Positions 53,623-64,000 of a stretch of DNA of 64,000 bases are shown in pieces. Under the pieces are notes generated by a model. The model was not told the origin of the DNA. It ran no database searches and saw nothing but the letters and a program-made list of their open reading frames with translations. Numbering within the stretch: position 1 is the first letter of the stretch; each line of letters opens with the position of its first letter. Location: contig OZ059894.1 in assembly GCA_964057225.1 (NCBI GenBank), forward strand, positions 10,912,001 to 10,976,000. The letters run 5' to 3'. The translations under genes and the position numbers were made by a program. The DNA comes from Auanema rhodensis. Lineage: Eukaryota; Animalia; Nematoda.

Positions 53623-53673
53623 TATTGTGAACCAATGGAACACATATCGAAGGTTAATTCGATAAGAACGATT
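53623..53673 (-). ncRNA. U2 nt 39-89 segment (leader of family B; target of family A copy 3)
   Basis: Exact match to 46379-46429. Confidence 0.9.
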
Positions 53674-55094
53674 AATGGTTTATTGAATAACTAATGTTAT
53701 GAAACAATAAATAACCAATAAAAAAGAGCCCAGAATCGGGGAGACGGTATTACCAGTACAACTTAAAACAGCAAGTGATTAAAAAGTACAAAATAAAACA
53801 CATTACCAACAGAGGCTAAAACGACTCAAGAGTCGGGGGAGTGGGTTAAAAAAAGTAATGAATAACAAAAAAAATGAATAATAAAGCAGAACAGTGAAAA
53901 GTAAATATCAAGTGCCGCTATGATCAAACAATTTGAGTGCCTACGGCAATGGTGTTAAAAATAAACAACAAAATACATGTACCAATGAAGGTCAGAAAGA
54001 GAGAAAGAAAAAAGACAAAAATAAGTAATACAAAAAGTAAAAAATATATTACAATCAAATCACAAACAAGTCAATGGATAATTTCTTCTTCATACTGCCT
54101 TACACCAGAAACATGTTCCACGTAGATATTCCTGGCCCACTTGATGGTATCGGCGACGACGAGCTTCTCCATTAGCCGGTTGTAGTGGCTGCTGATCTTG
54201 AGTGATCGGAGGGCTTGTACGTTGAGCGGGTCCATAGTTCCAAGCATTCCTACGACATACGCTTCTACACTAGTCTTATAACCAAGACATTGGTATTGGC
54301 TGGCTATGTCAGCATATTTCCTCTCCTTTATCATACGCGCGGCTATCATGGCTTGTCGGCGGTTTTCATAGCTCACTGTAACATCAACGATACTACAGTG
54401 TTTTGCGTCATGATCGACCACTACTATGTCAGGTCGGAGTGTACTATTAATGCCAGGAAGAGGCTGGTTAGTGTAAACTTCTCCGTTTTTAGGCTCTGGC
54501 AGGGCTTTGATAAGACGGTCCACGATGTTGTTGTGGCGGAGTTGGATTGCTCTCGTGTGAAAGTGGCAGTGTCCAAGAACATGTGCAGCAGTTTCGTTGG
54601 GGTAACTACACCTGCGGCACTGTTTGTTTCCTTCTCCGTGTCTTCTACAGCCATTGAGCTGGAGAGTATTAAGTCGAGCCTTGTGGATGAATCGCCAATC
54701 AGCAAACCGTATGAAATCTCCCTTCGCCATAAAGTGATTGGACGCTTTGTTGAGCATTGTGACATCAAAGACTTTCCCTTGATCCGGTTTTTGAAGAAGG
54801 ATCCGAAGGTCTTTCAGCCATAATGCACGTCGCAGGCTTCTGTGGCATAGTGAAGGTGTTAACAGTTGGTTGTTTAGATTGAGTTCTAAACCACTTTCGA
54901 GGCATGTCCAGTTAGCGTTGATGAGTTTCTTGAGTTGACGCATCGCTACTCTTACTCTAGTCCAGATGGAGGAAACATCAGATGTTTCGGTGTCGAAAAT
55001 GCCATCAACGGAACCGTTGTAATATGCAGCTGTCTCATCGTTACTGGCTTGACGTTTAATCCTTTTTGATGCTACTTTTATTGAGTCTTGATGC
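53674..55094 (-). mobile_element. 5'-truncated family A copy 3 (ORF remnant 54071-55094)
   Basis: Close variant of 23430-24832 with several substitutions and indels. Confidence 0.95.
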
Positions 55095-55097
55095 TAC

Positions 55098-55135
55098 ACT
55101 ACACTTTGATCTTAGCCAAAAGGCCGAGAAGCGAT
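55098..55135 (-). ncRNA. U2: U2 nt 1-38 remnant
   Basis: ATCGCTTCTC...AAGTGTAGT with upstream flank. Confidence 0.92.
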
Positions 55136-55577
55136 ACAGCATAGCCATGAGTATCAAAGACATCAAGCAAATGTATCGTACTTGTTACGAGTGCACTCTC
55201 TGATTTGAATATAAAAGTGTGGTTTTACAATCTTGACTGTACAGGTCATAAATGGCTCATATAAACTGTGGATTTACTCAACTTTTGGACTTATTTTTTT
55301 CTTATTCGAAGCGCTGCACTTTTTTCTATTCTTTTTATTCAAATACTTGTATATAGTTTTATATGTACGGTTGCAAAGTTTCCGAATATTTTATATATTT
55401 TTATACAATAATTAGGAGAAGGTTAATACAATGAAATCTCCCAACTTTACAGTGTTTGTATTGCTTACAGTATCTAGAACAACCACTCTTGTAATATTAG
55501 AGCACATATCAATCAACAACTTTTTCTAGTTATCAAAGCTTTTTTATTTCTTCAAGATATTTCAAATAAAATATAAA

Positions 55578-55696
55578 AGCTTACGACACCCGGGATTCCC
55601 AAGCCGTCTCCGATCCAAGTACTAACCGAGCCCAACGTTGCTTGACTTGCCAGATCGGACGGGATGGCGTACTTTCAACGTGGTATGGTCGTAAGC
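55578..55696 (-). rRNA. 5S rRNA: 5S rRNA, full length (one substitution)
   Basis: Matches the other copies except at 55629. Confidence 0.95.
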
Positions 55697-55937
55697 AATG
55701 TTATATTCTTCATTATCAGTTATATCACTCTAAATCTTGTTGTTAATAGTTAGGACCACAAAGAAAACAACAGGAACAGTAACAAATGAAATGCCCAAAC
55801 TTTACAGTGTTCGAGTTATTTACAGTATCTAAGACTACCTCTGTCGTGTTATTAGAGCAAACATTCGATTAACAACAACTTTTTTTTAGTTATCAAAGCT
55901 TTTTTATTTCTTCAAAAAATTTCAAATAAAATATAAA

Positions 55938-55993
55938 AGCTTACGACACCCGGGATTCCCAAGCCGTCTCCGATCCAAGTACTAACCGGGCCC
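55938..55993 (-). rRNA. 5S rRNA: 5S rRNA nt 64-119, interrupted by BEL element 3
   Basis: 5S sequence stops at GGGCCC, where the LTR begins with TGTCACG. Confidence 0.92.
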
Positions 55994-56321
55994 TGTCACG
56001 GTCAACGTGAAAATACGAACTTTATTGTGTTAACGTTTTGTTGTATTTTTTGTATTAACTCCACCCCCTTTAACCATCTGGTGCCTCCCTATAAAAGGGA
56101 GAACCAAATGGTTAAAATTTTCATGTCTCACCAATTTTGTATTGATTTTAGGATTTCTTGGAATTTCTAGAATCAATCCACTTGTTCACTTTACTGTTGT
56201 TGCATTTATTGAATAAACCTTTCTTCATTTAACTTGTCTTAACGCATAATACCGCACTCATACGAACCGACTCCATACTTGGACTGATACTTGGAGGTAA
56301 AAGTCCAGTTGTCAAGCGACA
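55994..56321 (+). repeat. 5' LTR of BEL element 3
   Basis: Inverted termini TGTC/GACA, TATAAAA, AATAAA, followed by a PBS; partner LTR is outside the window. Confidence 0.85.
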
Positions 56322-56323
56322 TT

Positions 56324-56341
56324 TGGCGACCACGGCAGGAT
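56324..56341 (+). promoter_or_regulatory. Primer binding site, tRNA-Arg
   Basis: TGGCGACCACGGCAGGAT. Confidence 0.8.
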
Positions 56342-56376
56342 ATTTCAGTTGCTTACTGATAAGGAAAGTTTAAAAC

Positions 56377-56469
56377 AAAGGTTATATAGAACCGCCGGAG
56401 AAATAAATTCCGAAGAACATTGTGTTAAAGGTTATATAGAACCGCCGGAGAAATAAAATTCCGAAGAAC
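56377..56469. repeat. ~42-bp direct repeat in the BEL3 leader
   Basis: aaaggttatatagaaccgccggagaaataaa(a)ttccgaagaac twice. Confidence 0.9.
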
Positions 56470-56569
56470 TCGTAGAAAATCCGAGTTGACAAGAAATCAC
56501 TTGTCAAGAAACAATAAGACGATAAAAATATCGCTGAATCTGAAATATCCATTGAGGAAGGCTAAAATA

Positions 56570-59500
56570 ATGTCCTCCGCTCAAAGATATATTCTCCAAA
56601 TGGGGAGAGAATTAGAATTTTTGAATAAACTGAATTCTAAAGTTGAAAACTATAAGAAAATGACCGATTACTCAGAATTGTCTGAGCCGGTAAATCAAAT
56701 TATTGCGCAAGAGAATGAATGTGCAAGAGTTAAAAATTACTTGAATATTTTGGAGAATAAACTCCAATCAATTGAAACCATTGAAATAAATTTTCAAAGA
56801 GTTTGTGAGCTTTTAGAAGAAGAGCTCCAAAAAGAATTAAACAAAAAATTTACAAAAATCGAAGAAGGTGAAAAAGGAGACATCCGTGGCAATGCCACGT
56901 TAATAATTCTGGAATTAAATGACAAGTTGATATTCTTAAAAAACCTCATTGATAAAAATAAAGAAAAAATCAAAGATATGGAAATACAACTTGAATTACA
57001 ACAACTTCGGGAAAGAGTTGAATATACAGAAGAAAAAGAATATGAAAATTGTACAAACGAGGTACAAGAAAAACAAAACAGTTTACCCGATCAGGTAGTG
57101 CATGATCAGCATGTTAATGAAGTAAGACTGATTAACCAAATACTGCAAAGACCCGTATTAAAAACTCCAACCTTTGACGGTACTCCGGAAAAATTCCCTT
57201 TATTCTGGGATAGATTCATGAGAATGATTGATAACAATGAATCTTTCTCTATAAGTGAAAAAGTGAACTTCCTATGTGAGTCCTTATCAGGTGAAGCCGA
57301 ATATCTTCTTAGGGGAATTCCCGGTACCGAAGAAAACTATGAGTTTATGAAAAATTGTTTGAAGGAAGAATATTCCTCATACGCTGTTGATACAGCAACG
57401 CTGATCAACAAGTTGAATAAGGTGCCAAAAGCTTCAAGACGAGCCGATAGTTGTGCTCAAACGCTAAGAGAGATAAAAGCTCTGCTGCGACAGATTCAAG
57501 CGGCGGGAGGATCTTTAACCAAAGAGCTTTATGTTGCTACCGTACTCAATAAATTCCCATTTGAAATAATCAAAGATATTCACATCAAACAAAATTTTGA
57601 ATGGTCCCACGAGAAAATCATTGAACATATTTCGGCGCAAGTAAAACTACTACAGATGACTGAAAACACTGAATCACTGTATCTCAGTAACAATGAAAAA
57701 AGTAAAAATCCAGATGGTGATCAAACTAAAAAACAATTTCGATTGAATGAAGTTAAGGATTTGAAACAAAGAAGGAATTGCGTTTTTTGCGCGAACAATT
57801 CACACAATAGCCATATGTGTCCTATTGAAACAACGGAAAAAAGGAAAATTTTAAGAGAAAAAAGGCTATGTTATGTATGCTTTGCAGACAATCATCAAAG
57901 CAAAAACTGCACATGGCCAAAGTTTAAATGCAACAGCTGTCATGATGATCACAACATTTCAGTTTGTTACCAAAATAAAAGAAATCAGAATAGAAATGGA
58001 GTCATCACCAACATTTCTTTACAAAGGGGTAATGATGAAGAAAAGACCAGAAATAATCAAACAATTATTCCAAAGAAAGCACATGAAGAACCCACAAGTT
58101 TAACCACAATTGTTGGTAATCATGACGTAGAAAAAGGCCAAATAATTTTACGAACAGCAAAAGCAAATTTGTTCAATTACAATAGCGATAGTTATGAGAA
58201 AGTTAACATTATTTTTGATGATTGTTCTCAACGATCTTTTATCAGAGAAGATCTAGCAAAAAGGATGAAACTACCAGTTAAATCCAAACAAAGAAAAACA
58301 TTTCATGGTATTGGAGGAATGAAACATTCTCATGTTTCAAGTATAGTAAACACAATATTCTATACTAAAGAGAAAAATTTAATTGTAACTGAAATGCTCA
58401 CTAAGCCAAAAATCAGTTCCCACATATATAGTCCTTATCTTTCAAGAAAGGATTTGAGCTTCATTAAAGAAAATAATATTATATTAGCCAATACCGATAC
58501 AAATGGGGAAGTTTTTGAACCGGATGTTTTGATTGGACAAGATAGATTAAAATTGTTCGTAAAAGACAATGAAGAATTCAGACTTCCCTCTGATCTTTTA
58601 TGTAAAGGATCTGTATTTGGAACTCTTATAAATGGAGAAACTAAACTTGAAAAAATTGTAACTCTGTGTAGCATTGAAGAGGAACAAAGTCATGAACCAC
58701 CTCCAGAAACAAAACTGAAAGAACTTTTCCTTATCGATACTATTGGAATAAGCACCATAGTAGATAACAATGCAGAAGCAGAGAATTATCTTAAAGAATA
58801 TAGTAAAGAACTATCCATTAAAGCCGGGAGAATTGAAGCTCCGTTTCCATTTAAAAATTATTTGAATAAATTGAAAAATAATAAATGGCCAGCTTTTCAT
58901 AGATTCATGACATTATGGAAAAATCTACACTCTAATAAAGAACAACTAGAATGGTATAAAAAATTAATAAATGAATACATTCAAAAAGGAATTATCGAGC
59001 CAATTGTTGATGAATCAGCCGAAGATGGATTTTTCTTACCACATCATGGAGTGTGGAGAAAAGAAAAAGCTCGACCTTTAAGAATCGTGTTTGATGCTTC
59101 AGCAAAACAAAAAAATAGTCCATCGTTGAACCAAGTTATGCATTCAGGCCAAACATTTATTCACAAAATTCATGATATATTAATAAAATGTAGAAAAAGT
59201 CCAATAATAATAACCTGCGACATTGAGTCAGCATTTTTACAAATAAGTATTAAAGAAGAGCACAGAAAATATTGTAAATTTTTCTGGATTAGAAACGAAA
59301 ATGAATCGGTAAATAAATATAACGTCATGACATACCAATTCAAACGGCTACCATTTGGTATAACAGCGTCCCCGGGTATATTAAGCATGAGCTTAGCTTG
59401 GTACCTCAATAATCATACCGACCCTTACGCTAGTCACTTGCTCGATTCTTTATATGTTGACAATATAATTTTATATGCAAACAGTGTTGAAGAAGCTAAG

Positions 59501-62500
59501 ATAAAATGCGAAAAAGCCAAGAAAATCTTACAAGGCATTTCTATGAATTTAAGAGAATTTATGAGCAACAATCCAAAAGTTACTGAAGATATGAACAATG
59601 AAGACAAATACCCACATAATACTACCAAAATTTTGGGTTTAAATTATGATACAAAATTAGATTTATTCGTTCTTATACTTAAATTAAAGAAATTTGAAAT
59701 CAATACGCACAGGAACATGTTAAGTCAAATACATTCAATATTTGATCCATTAGGTATGGCAAGCCCATTGATTTTACCATTAAAATTATTATTAAGAGAA
59801 TCAAGTGATCAATTCAAGGGTTGGGATGTTGAATTACCCCAAGAAATAACACATAAATGGAATTTAGTCATAAATGAATTATTAAATGAAAAGGAATTGA
59901 GACTTGAAAGAAAGTTAAACCTGAATGACTCTATATTATGGGTATTTACTGATGCTAGTAAACTAGCCATTGCTGCCTGCACATACATTGAAACCAATGG
60001 TAAAATAAGCCAACTTGTAAGCGGAAAGTCGAAAATTGCAAAAAAGGGAAATCTAACTATCCCAAGACTAGAACTCATTGCCATACTATTAGGTATTATG
60101 TTAGCTGATAATATCACATCTACAACCAATCACCTTAAAACTGTACACGTAGCCAGTGACAGTAAGGTAGCCTTACATTGGATAGCTAACCATCAGAAAA
60201 CTTTACCACCATATGTAGGCTGTCGCGTCGACAATGTAAGGAAGTATATAGATAAATTGAAGGAAAATAACATTAAAATCAAACTTTTTCATGTGAATGG
60301 TGATTATAACCCAGCCGATATTGGTTCTCGAGGAGCTTGTCTCCAAGAACTAAGTGATTCTATGTGGATTAAAGGACCACAATGGTTAACCCAAACAAAG
60401 TCACACATTGAAGAAATTGAATATGAGCCTATTTGGAATATAACAACCTTGATCGATACCGTTGAACAACAACAAATAACACAAATACCAGTTGAAGATA
60501 TATTCAAATTACGTAGCAACAACTATACCTTACTGAAAACTATAGTTAAATTAAGTAAATTCTTGAGACATTGGATCATAAAAGTACATCCCACAGCTAT
60601 AACAAGGTTAAATAAAGTAATGCAATTAGATGAAAACTGGCAAACTACAGCTAATGATATTGAGATTATAACCAAACTACTAATAAGTAAAGCACAACAG
60701 CATGTAACAATAGATCTCCTCACGAAAAAACATGAAGGTTTTGTATTTTTTCTCGATGAAGAAATAATCAGAGTTCGTAGTAGATTGAACAACTCGGAAT
60801 TACCGTTTGAAACTCAAAATCCCATATATCTTCCAAGGGATTCTCCGTACACAGAACACATAATTATGCATTTACACAGAGAATGCATGCACCAAGGAAG
60901 AGATTTTGTTCTAACACTCTTGCGTCAAAAATACTTTTTAAATAAACCATCAAGCATAGTCAGATCAGTTCTCAAAACATGCACAATCTGCAATAGATAC
61001 AACGCTTTGCCGTTTGGAACGTCCTTAATGCCAGCATTGCCTAAGGATAGAGTAATTCTAACAAAACCATTCATGAGTACAGGTTGTGACTTATTAGGTC
61101 CAATAACCATAAAGGATGGTAAAAAGATATTTATATGTCTGTTTACTTGTTTAGCTATAAGAGCTATACACTTAGAAATAGTTTTTGACCAATCAACAAA
61201 GGCATTCTTAAACGCTTTCGAAAGGTTCATTGGAAGAAGAGGTATTCCAGAAATAATACGAAGCGATAATGGAGGAAATTTCTTATTAAGTGCTAAAGTA
61301 ATAGAATTTTACACAGAAAACCATGAATCTAAAAATGAAAAAACATTAACCAATTATCTTGCCGAAAAGAATATTAAATGGTACTTCAACACACCACAGG
61401 CTCCATGGAAAGGTGGAACATGGGAAAGACTAGTAGGACTAACAAAGTTAGCACTATACAAAACAATTGGAAATAGATTAATGTCAATTGATGATATACA
61501 TACAGTAATTGTAAAAATCGAAACAATTTTGAATACTCGCCCGCTTACACATCCGAACCCATCCAACCTGAACATTTTGCCTATCAGACCTTGTGATTTT
61601 TTAAACCGTTCCATCAGGTTTACACTTTCTTCAAACGTATCGAATACCCGAATTTATGATAAAACTATCAATAGCAGGACAATACAAACTATAGAGCAAG
61701 CCATTGAAGCAATAGAGTTATCTAACGATGTAACTCAATTATTCTGGAAAAAATTCTATTCAGAGTATTTACTGTATCTTAGAGATATTTACAAACACAA
61801 CAGAAAACAACCTGCAACGAACGCTAAGAAACCACAAGAAGGCGAAGTTATTATAATACAAAATGAGGATTCAAGTAGAGGTAAATGGAAATTAGGACGC
61901 ATAATAGAACTAATAAAAAGTGCAGATGGGGAAGTTAGATCTGCAAAACTAATAACTGGCACTGGTCTCATAACAACTCGTTCATTAAATCACATATATC
62001 CACTAGAAGTGAGAAACGCAGAAGCAGCACCGTTTGCGTCAGAACCTCACTCAATGAGATACAATAAAAAATACCAAGTGAATCCATTTTTAATCACCGG
62101 GACGGTAACACAAAAAGGAAATCGGGTTGAAAATATTGAAATTATTGAAAATACTCAAGAAAGTGAACAAAGTAACAATGTAATACCACTCGAAATCTAT
62201 ACACCCAACATGAATATCATCAACGACGCAGGAGACGAAAATGATGCTAATAATACGAACTTAGAACAAGAGGAAGATCAAACAAATGAGATAACTCTTC
62301 AAACCGAAAATGAATCCAAACCTTCAAATCTAAATAGATGGTTCAGAACAAAAACACAGGGTAGTCAAGCAGCGGTAAGAAGTTATTTTAAGAAAAATAA
62401 AATAAAAACAAATGTTCCAAAAGTAGCTCTTCTTGGAATAATTCCAACGATTGAGGCTACATGCCAATCCTCTGAATTGCTTACAGCGGAAGCATTATAT

Positions 62501-64000
62501 TTCCCACAATGTAATCCATTAACGACTTTGATAACATTTTTCATACCAATTATACTATTATTTACTATATTAGCAATTTGTAAAAGAGTATTGAAAGCTC
62601 ATAAAAATGACCAATATTGGTATAAATTTTTAAATGATAATTGGCAAACGATACAAACCGAAGTTAGAAGTGGAAAACCTAATTCAAAAATATTAACAAG
62701 TTCAGACGATGTAGCCGTACAAAAGGAAAACACAGTAGCCACGAAATTTGACAATGTAACTCCAAAATGGAAAAATGATATTCCAGAAACTATTAAAATT
62801 CCAAATTACATGAGAACATCATCATTCACTTCATTACAATTATCGATAGCACTCATGGTATTATTAATAACAGTGGAATCTTGTTCAAACTCACATATTA
62901 AGCATTCAATAAATATAATTTGCATTAATCGGACAAATTGTTATCAAGAATACGATAATGAAATCAATTTCAATAAAGGCATAAGAGACGCTTGCTTAGA
63001 ATTCATTTACCAAAATAAATCTATCGGTAAAATAGAAATAACGAAAAAACCAACAGAATACATTTGCCAGAAAAGTACGCTATATTATACTCGAGAAAGC
63101 ACAATTCAATACAAAACTCGATATTCCTGTTATGGAACAGGATCTTGTAATCACACTTGTGAAGCTATAAATCCTATTGGACAATTACAAGAATTTGATA
63201 AAGAAGAAGGACCAACACAAGTTGGTTGTGCTAGGCGATGTGGCTCTCTTTTCTGCGGATGTTGGTCTCTAGAAGACGGTTGCTCATTCTATCAAACTGA
63301 ATTTAAACCAATCAATGAAATAGTTTATGAAATAGTAGAATGTGATTCTTGGGAAATGAATATACCATTAGAGGTAAAGTATGATCTATTTAAACACAAA
63401 GCCAATATTAATATTCTTTTAAAACCATACGACACTGTTAATTTTCCAAACTTTAATATAAGCTCAATCTCCCATATTGTACCACCAACCCGATATTTAA
63501 ACACCAAATATGCATTATCAACCATAAACAGTTATTACATGGAACCTCATACTATGAGTGAAGTAGCATGCAAAACCAAAGATCAAACTACAAATGAATT
63601 TAACTCTTGTAAAATACTGAAGTTATGTAACTGTAAAATATCAAAAAGGGAAGAGCTAACATGTACCTGTCCATCTGATAATATTTTCAATCAGGCAAAC
63701 TTATTACCAATGAACACCAAGAACACCCTAATTACCATGAAAGAAAACAAATTAACACTTATTCCTCAAACTGATGAATCAACTGTTGTTCTTCAACTAC
63801 AAGGGAATGTGTCGTCTCGTACCTTCCTGTACGACTTTCCTTGTCGACCGGAATTTAAAAAACTTTCCGGGTGTCACAGCTGTAGAAGAACGGCTGTTGC
63901 CGAGTTTATGTGTATATCACAAAAGGATTCTTGGATCACAATGCAATGTAGTGAGAACATATACATGATTGAATGCGCCCCACACATGCCACTTACTGCT
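56570..64000 (+). CDS. BEL3 Gag-PR-RT-RH-IN-Env polyprotein (>2477 aa, 3' incomplete; absent from the ORF track, apparently because no stop is reached)
   Basis: Same frame at the ATG (MSSAQRY), YVDN (59453), the Gc fusion-loop motif GCARRCGSLFCGCW (63224) and the window end; three CCHC knuckles, FTDAS, SDNG. Confidence 0.9.
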   Translation, partial: MSSAQRYILQMGRELEFLNKLNSKVENYKKMTDYSELSEPVNQIIAQENECARVKNYLNILENKLQSIETIEINFQRVCELLEEELQKELNKKFTKIEEGEKGDIRGNATLIILELNDKLIFLKNLIDKNKEKIKDMEIQLELQQLRERVEYTEEKEYENCTNEVQEKQNSLPDQVVHDQHVNEVRLINQILQRPVLKTPTFDGTPEKFPLFWDRFMRMIDNNESFSISEKVNFLCESLSGEAEYLLRGIPGTEENYEFMKNCLKEEYSSYAVDTATLINKLNKVPKASRRADSCAQTLREIKALLRQIQAAGGSLTKELYVATVLNKFPFEIIKDIHIKQNFEWSHEKIIEHISAQVKLLQMTENTESLYLSNNEKSKNPDGDQTKKQFRLNEVKDLKQRRNCVFCANNSHNSHMCPIETTEKRKILREKRLCYVCFADNHQSKNCTWPKFKCNSCHDDHNISVCYQNKRNQNRNGVITNISLQRGNDEEKTRNNQTIIPKKAHEEPTSLTTIVGNHDVEKGQIILRTAKANLFNYNSDSYEKVNIIFDDCSQRSFIREDLAKRMKLPVKSKQRKTFHGIGGMKHSHVSSIVNTIFYTKEKNLIVTEMLTKPKISSHIYSPYLSRKDLSFIKENNIILANTDTNGEVFEPDVLIGQDRLKLFVKDNEEFRLPSDLLCKGSVFGTLINGETKLEKIVTLCSIEEEQSHEPPPETKLKELFLIDTIGISTIVDNNAEAENYLKEYSKELSIKAGRIEAPFPFKNYLNKLKNNKWPAFHRFMTLWKNLHSNKEQLEWYKKLINEYIQKGIIEPIVDESAEDGFFLPHHGVWRKEKARPLRIVFDASAKQKNSPSLNQVMHSGQTFIHKIHDILIKCRKSPIIITCDIESAFLQISIKEEHRKYCKFFWIRNENESVNKYNVMTYQFKRLPFGITASPGILSMSLAWYLNNHTDPYASHLLDSLYVDNIILYANSVEEAKIKCEKAKKILQGISMNLREFMSNNPKVTEDMNNEDKYPHNTTKILGLNYDTKLDLFVLILKLKKFEINTHRNMLSQIHSIFDPLGMASPLILPLKLLLRESSDQFKGWDVELPQEITHKWNLVINELLNEKELRLERKLNLNDSILWVFTDASKLAIAACTYIETNGKISQLVSGKSKIAKKGNLTIPRLELIAILLGIMLADNITSTTNHLKTVHVASDSKVALHWIANHQKTLPPYVGCRVDNVRKYIDKLKENNIKIKLFHVNGDYNPADIGSRGACLQELSDSMWIKGPQWLTQTKSHIEEIEYEPIWNITTLIDTVEQQQITQIPVEDIFKLRSNNYTLLKTIVKLSKFLRHWIIKVHPTAITRLNKVMQLDENWQTTANDIEIITKLLISKAQQHVTIDLLTKKHEGFVFFLDEEIIRVRSRLNNSELPFETQNPIYLPRDSPYTEHIIMHLHRECMHQGRDFVLTLLRQKYFLNKPSSIVRSVLKTCTICNRYNALPFGTSLMPALPKDRVILTKPFMSTGCDLLGPITIKDGKKIFICLFTCLAIRAIHLEIVFDQSTKAFLNAFERFIGRRGIPEIIRSDNGGNFLLSAKVIEFYTENHESKNEKTLTNYLAEKNIKWYFNTPQAPWKGGTWERLVGLTKLALYKTIGNRLMSIDDIHTVIVKIETILNTRPLTHPNPSNLNILPIRPCDFLNRSIRFTLSSNVSNTRIYDKTINSRTIQTIEQAIEAIELSNDVTQLFWKKFYSEYLLYLRDIYKHNRKQPATNAKKPQEGEVIIIQNEDSSRGKWKLGRIIELIKSADGEVRSAKLITGTGLITTRSLNHIYPLEVRNAEAAPFASEPHSMRYNKKYQVNPFLITGTVTQKGNRVENIEIIENTQESEQSNNVIPLEIYTPNMNIINDAGDENDANNTNLEQEEDQTNEITLQTENESKPSNLNRWFRTKTQGSQAAVRSYFKKNKIKTNVPKVALLGIIPTIEATCQSSELLTAEALYFPQCNPLTTLITFFIPIILLFTILAICKRVLKAHKNDQYWYKFLNDNWQTIQTEVRSGKPNSKILTSSDDVAVQKENTVATKFDNVTPKWKNDIPETIKIPNYMRTSSFTSLQLSIALMVLLITVESCSNSHIKHSINIICINRTNCYQEYDNEINFNKGIRDACLEFIYQNKSIGKIEITKKPTEYICQKSTLYYTRESTIQYKTRYSCYGTGSCNHTCEAINPIGQLQEFDKEEGPTQVGCARRCGSLFCGCWSLEDGCSFYQTEFKPINEIVYEIVECDSWEMNIPLEVKYDLFKHKANINILLKPYDTVNFPNFNISSISHIVPPTRYLNTKYALSTINSYYMEPHTMSEVACKTKDQTTNEFNSCKILKLCNCKISKREELTCTCPSDNIFNQANLLPMNTKNTLITMKENKLTLIPQTDESTVVLQLQGNVSSRTFLYDFPCRPEFKKLSGCHSCRRTAVAEFMCISQKDSWITMQCSENIYMIECAPHMPLTA

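Larger units (their letters stand above)
49685..53673 (-). mobile_element. Full-length U2-targeting RLE non-LTR retrotransposon, family B
   Basis: Protein homologous to but diverged from family A; 3' end at U2 nt 38/39; 5' end carries U2 nt 39-89. Confidence 0.93.
55994..64000 (+). mobile_element. BEL/Pao element 3 with phlebovirus-like envelope, runs off the window
   Basis: 5' LTR 55994-56321 (TGTC...GACA), PBS, long polyprotein. Confidence 0.93.

Noticed and set aside
700-55135. Recurrent ~40-58 nt identical segment separated by variable sequence (CRISPR-like look)
   Set aside because: It is U2 snRNA sequence flanking kb-scale retrotransposons in a eukaryote; no cas genes or regular spacers

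Overview
Eukaryotic, almost certainly nematode, AT-rich DNA. It is a tandem array of linked 5S rRNA and U2 snRNA genes (basic unit about 2.5 kb) heavily invaded by retroelements. (i) U2-targeting restriction-like-endonuclease non-LTR retrotransposons (Utopia/NeSL type): two autonomous families (A, one intact plus two 5'-truncated copies; B, one copy with a single in-frame stop), a 0.9-kb non-autonomous element, and a fossil copy fixed in the repeat spacer. All insert at U2 nt ~38/39, and only one of four U2 loci is intact. (ii) Two related Ty3/gypsy-type elements in 5S flanks, with a Gag - herpes-gB-like Env - Pol polyprotein order and an extra 3' ORF. (iii) Three BEL/Pao elements: two inside 5S genes carrying phlebovirus-like glycoprotein sequence, and one rearranged copy nested in a gypsy element. 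The most unusual observation is that every full-length U2-targeting element starts with a second copy of U2 nt 39 to 79-96. This rebuilds the target and stops short of the Sm site. It is followed at once by a collinear antisense copy of the U2 5' domain including the branch-point recognition sequence, suggesting a self-masking U2-chimeric transcript. All alignments were done by eye; no database searches were possible.
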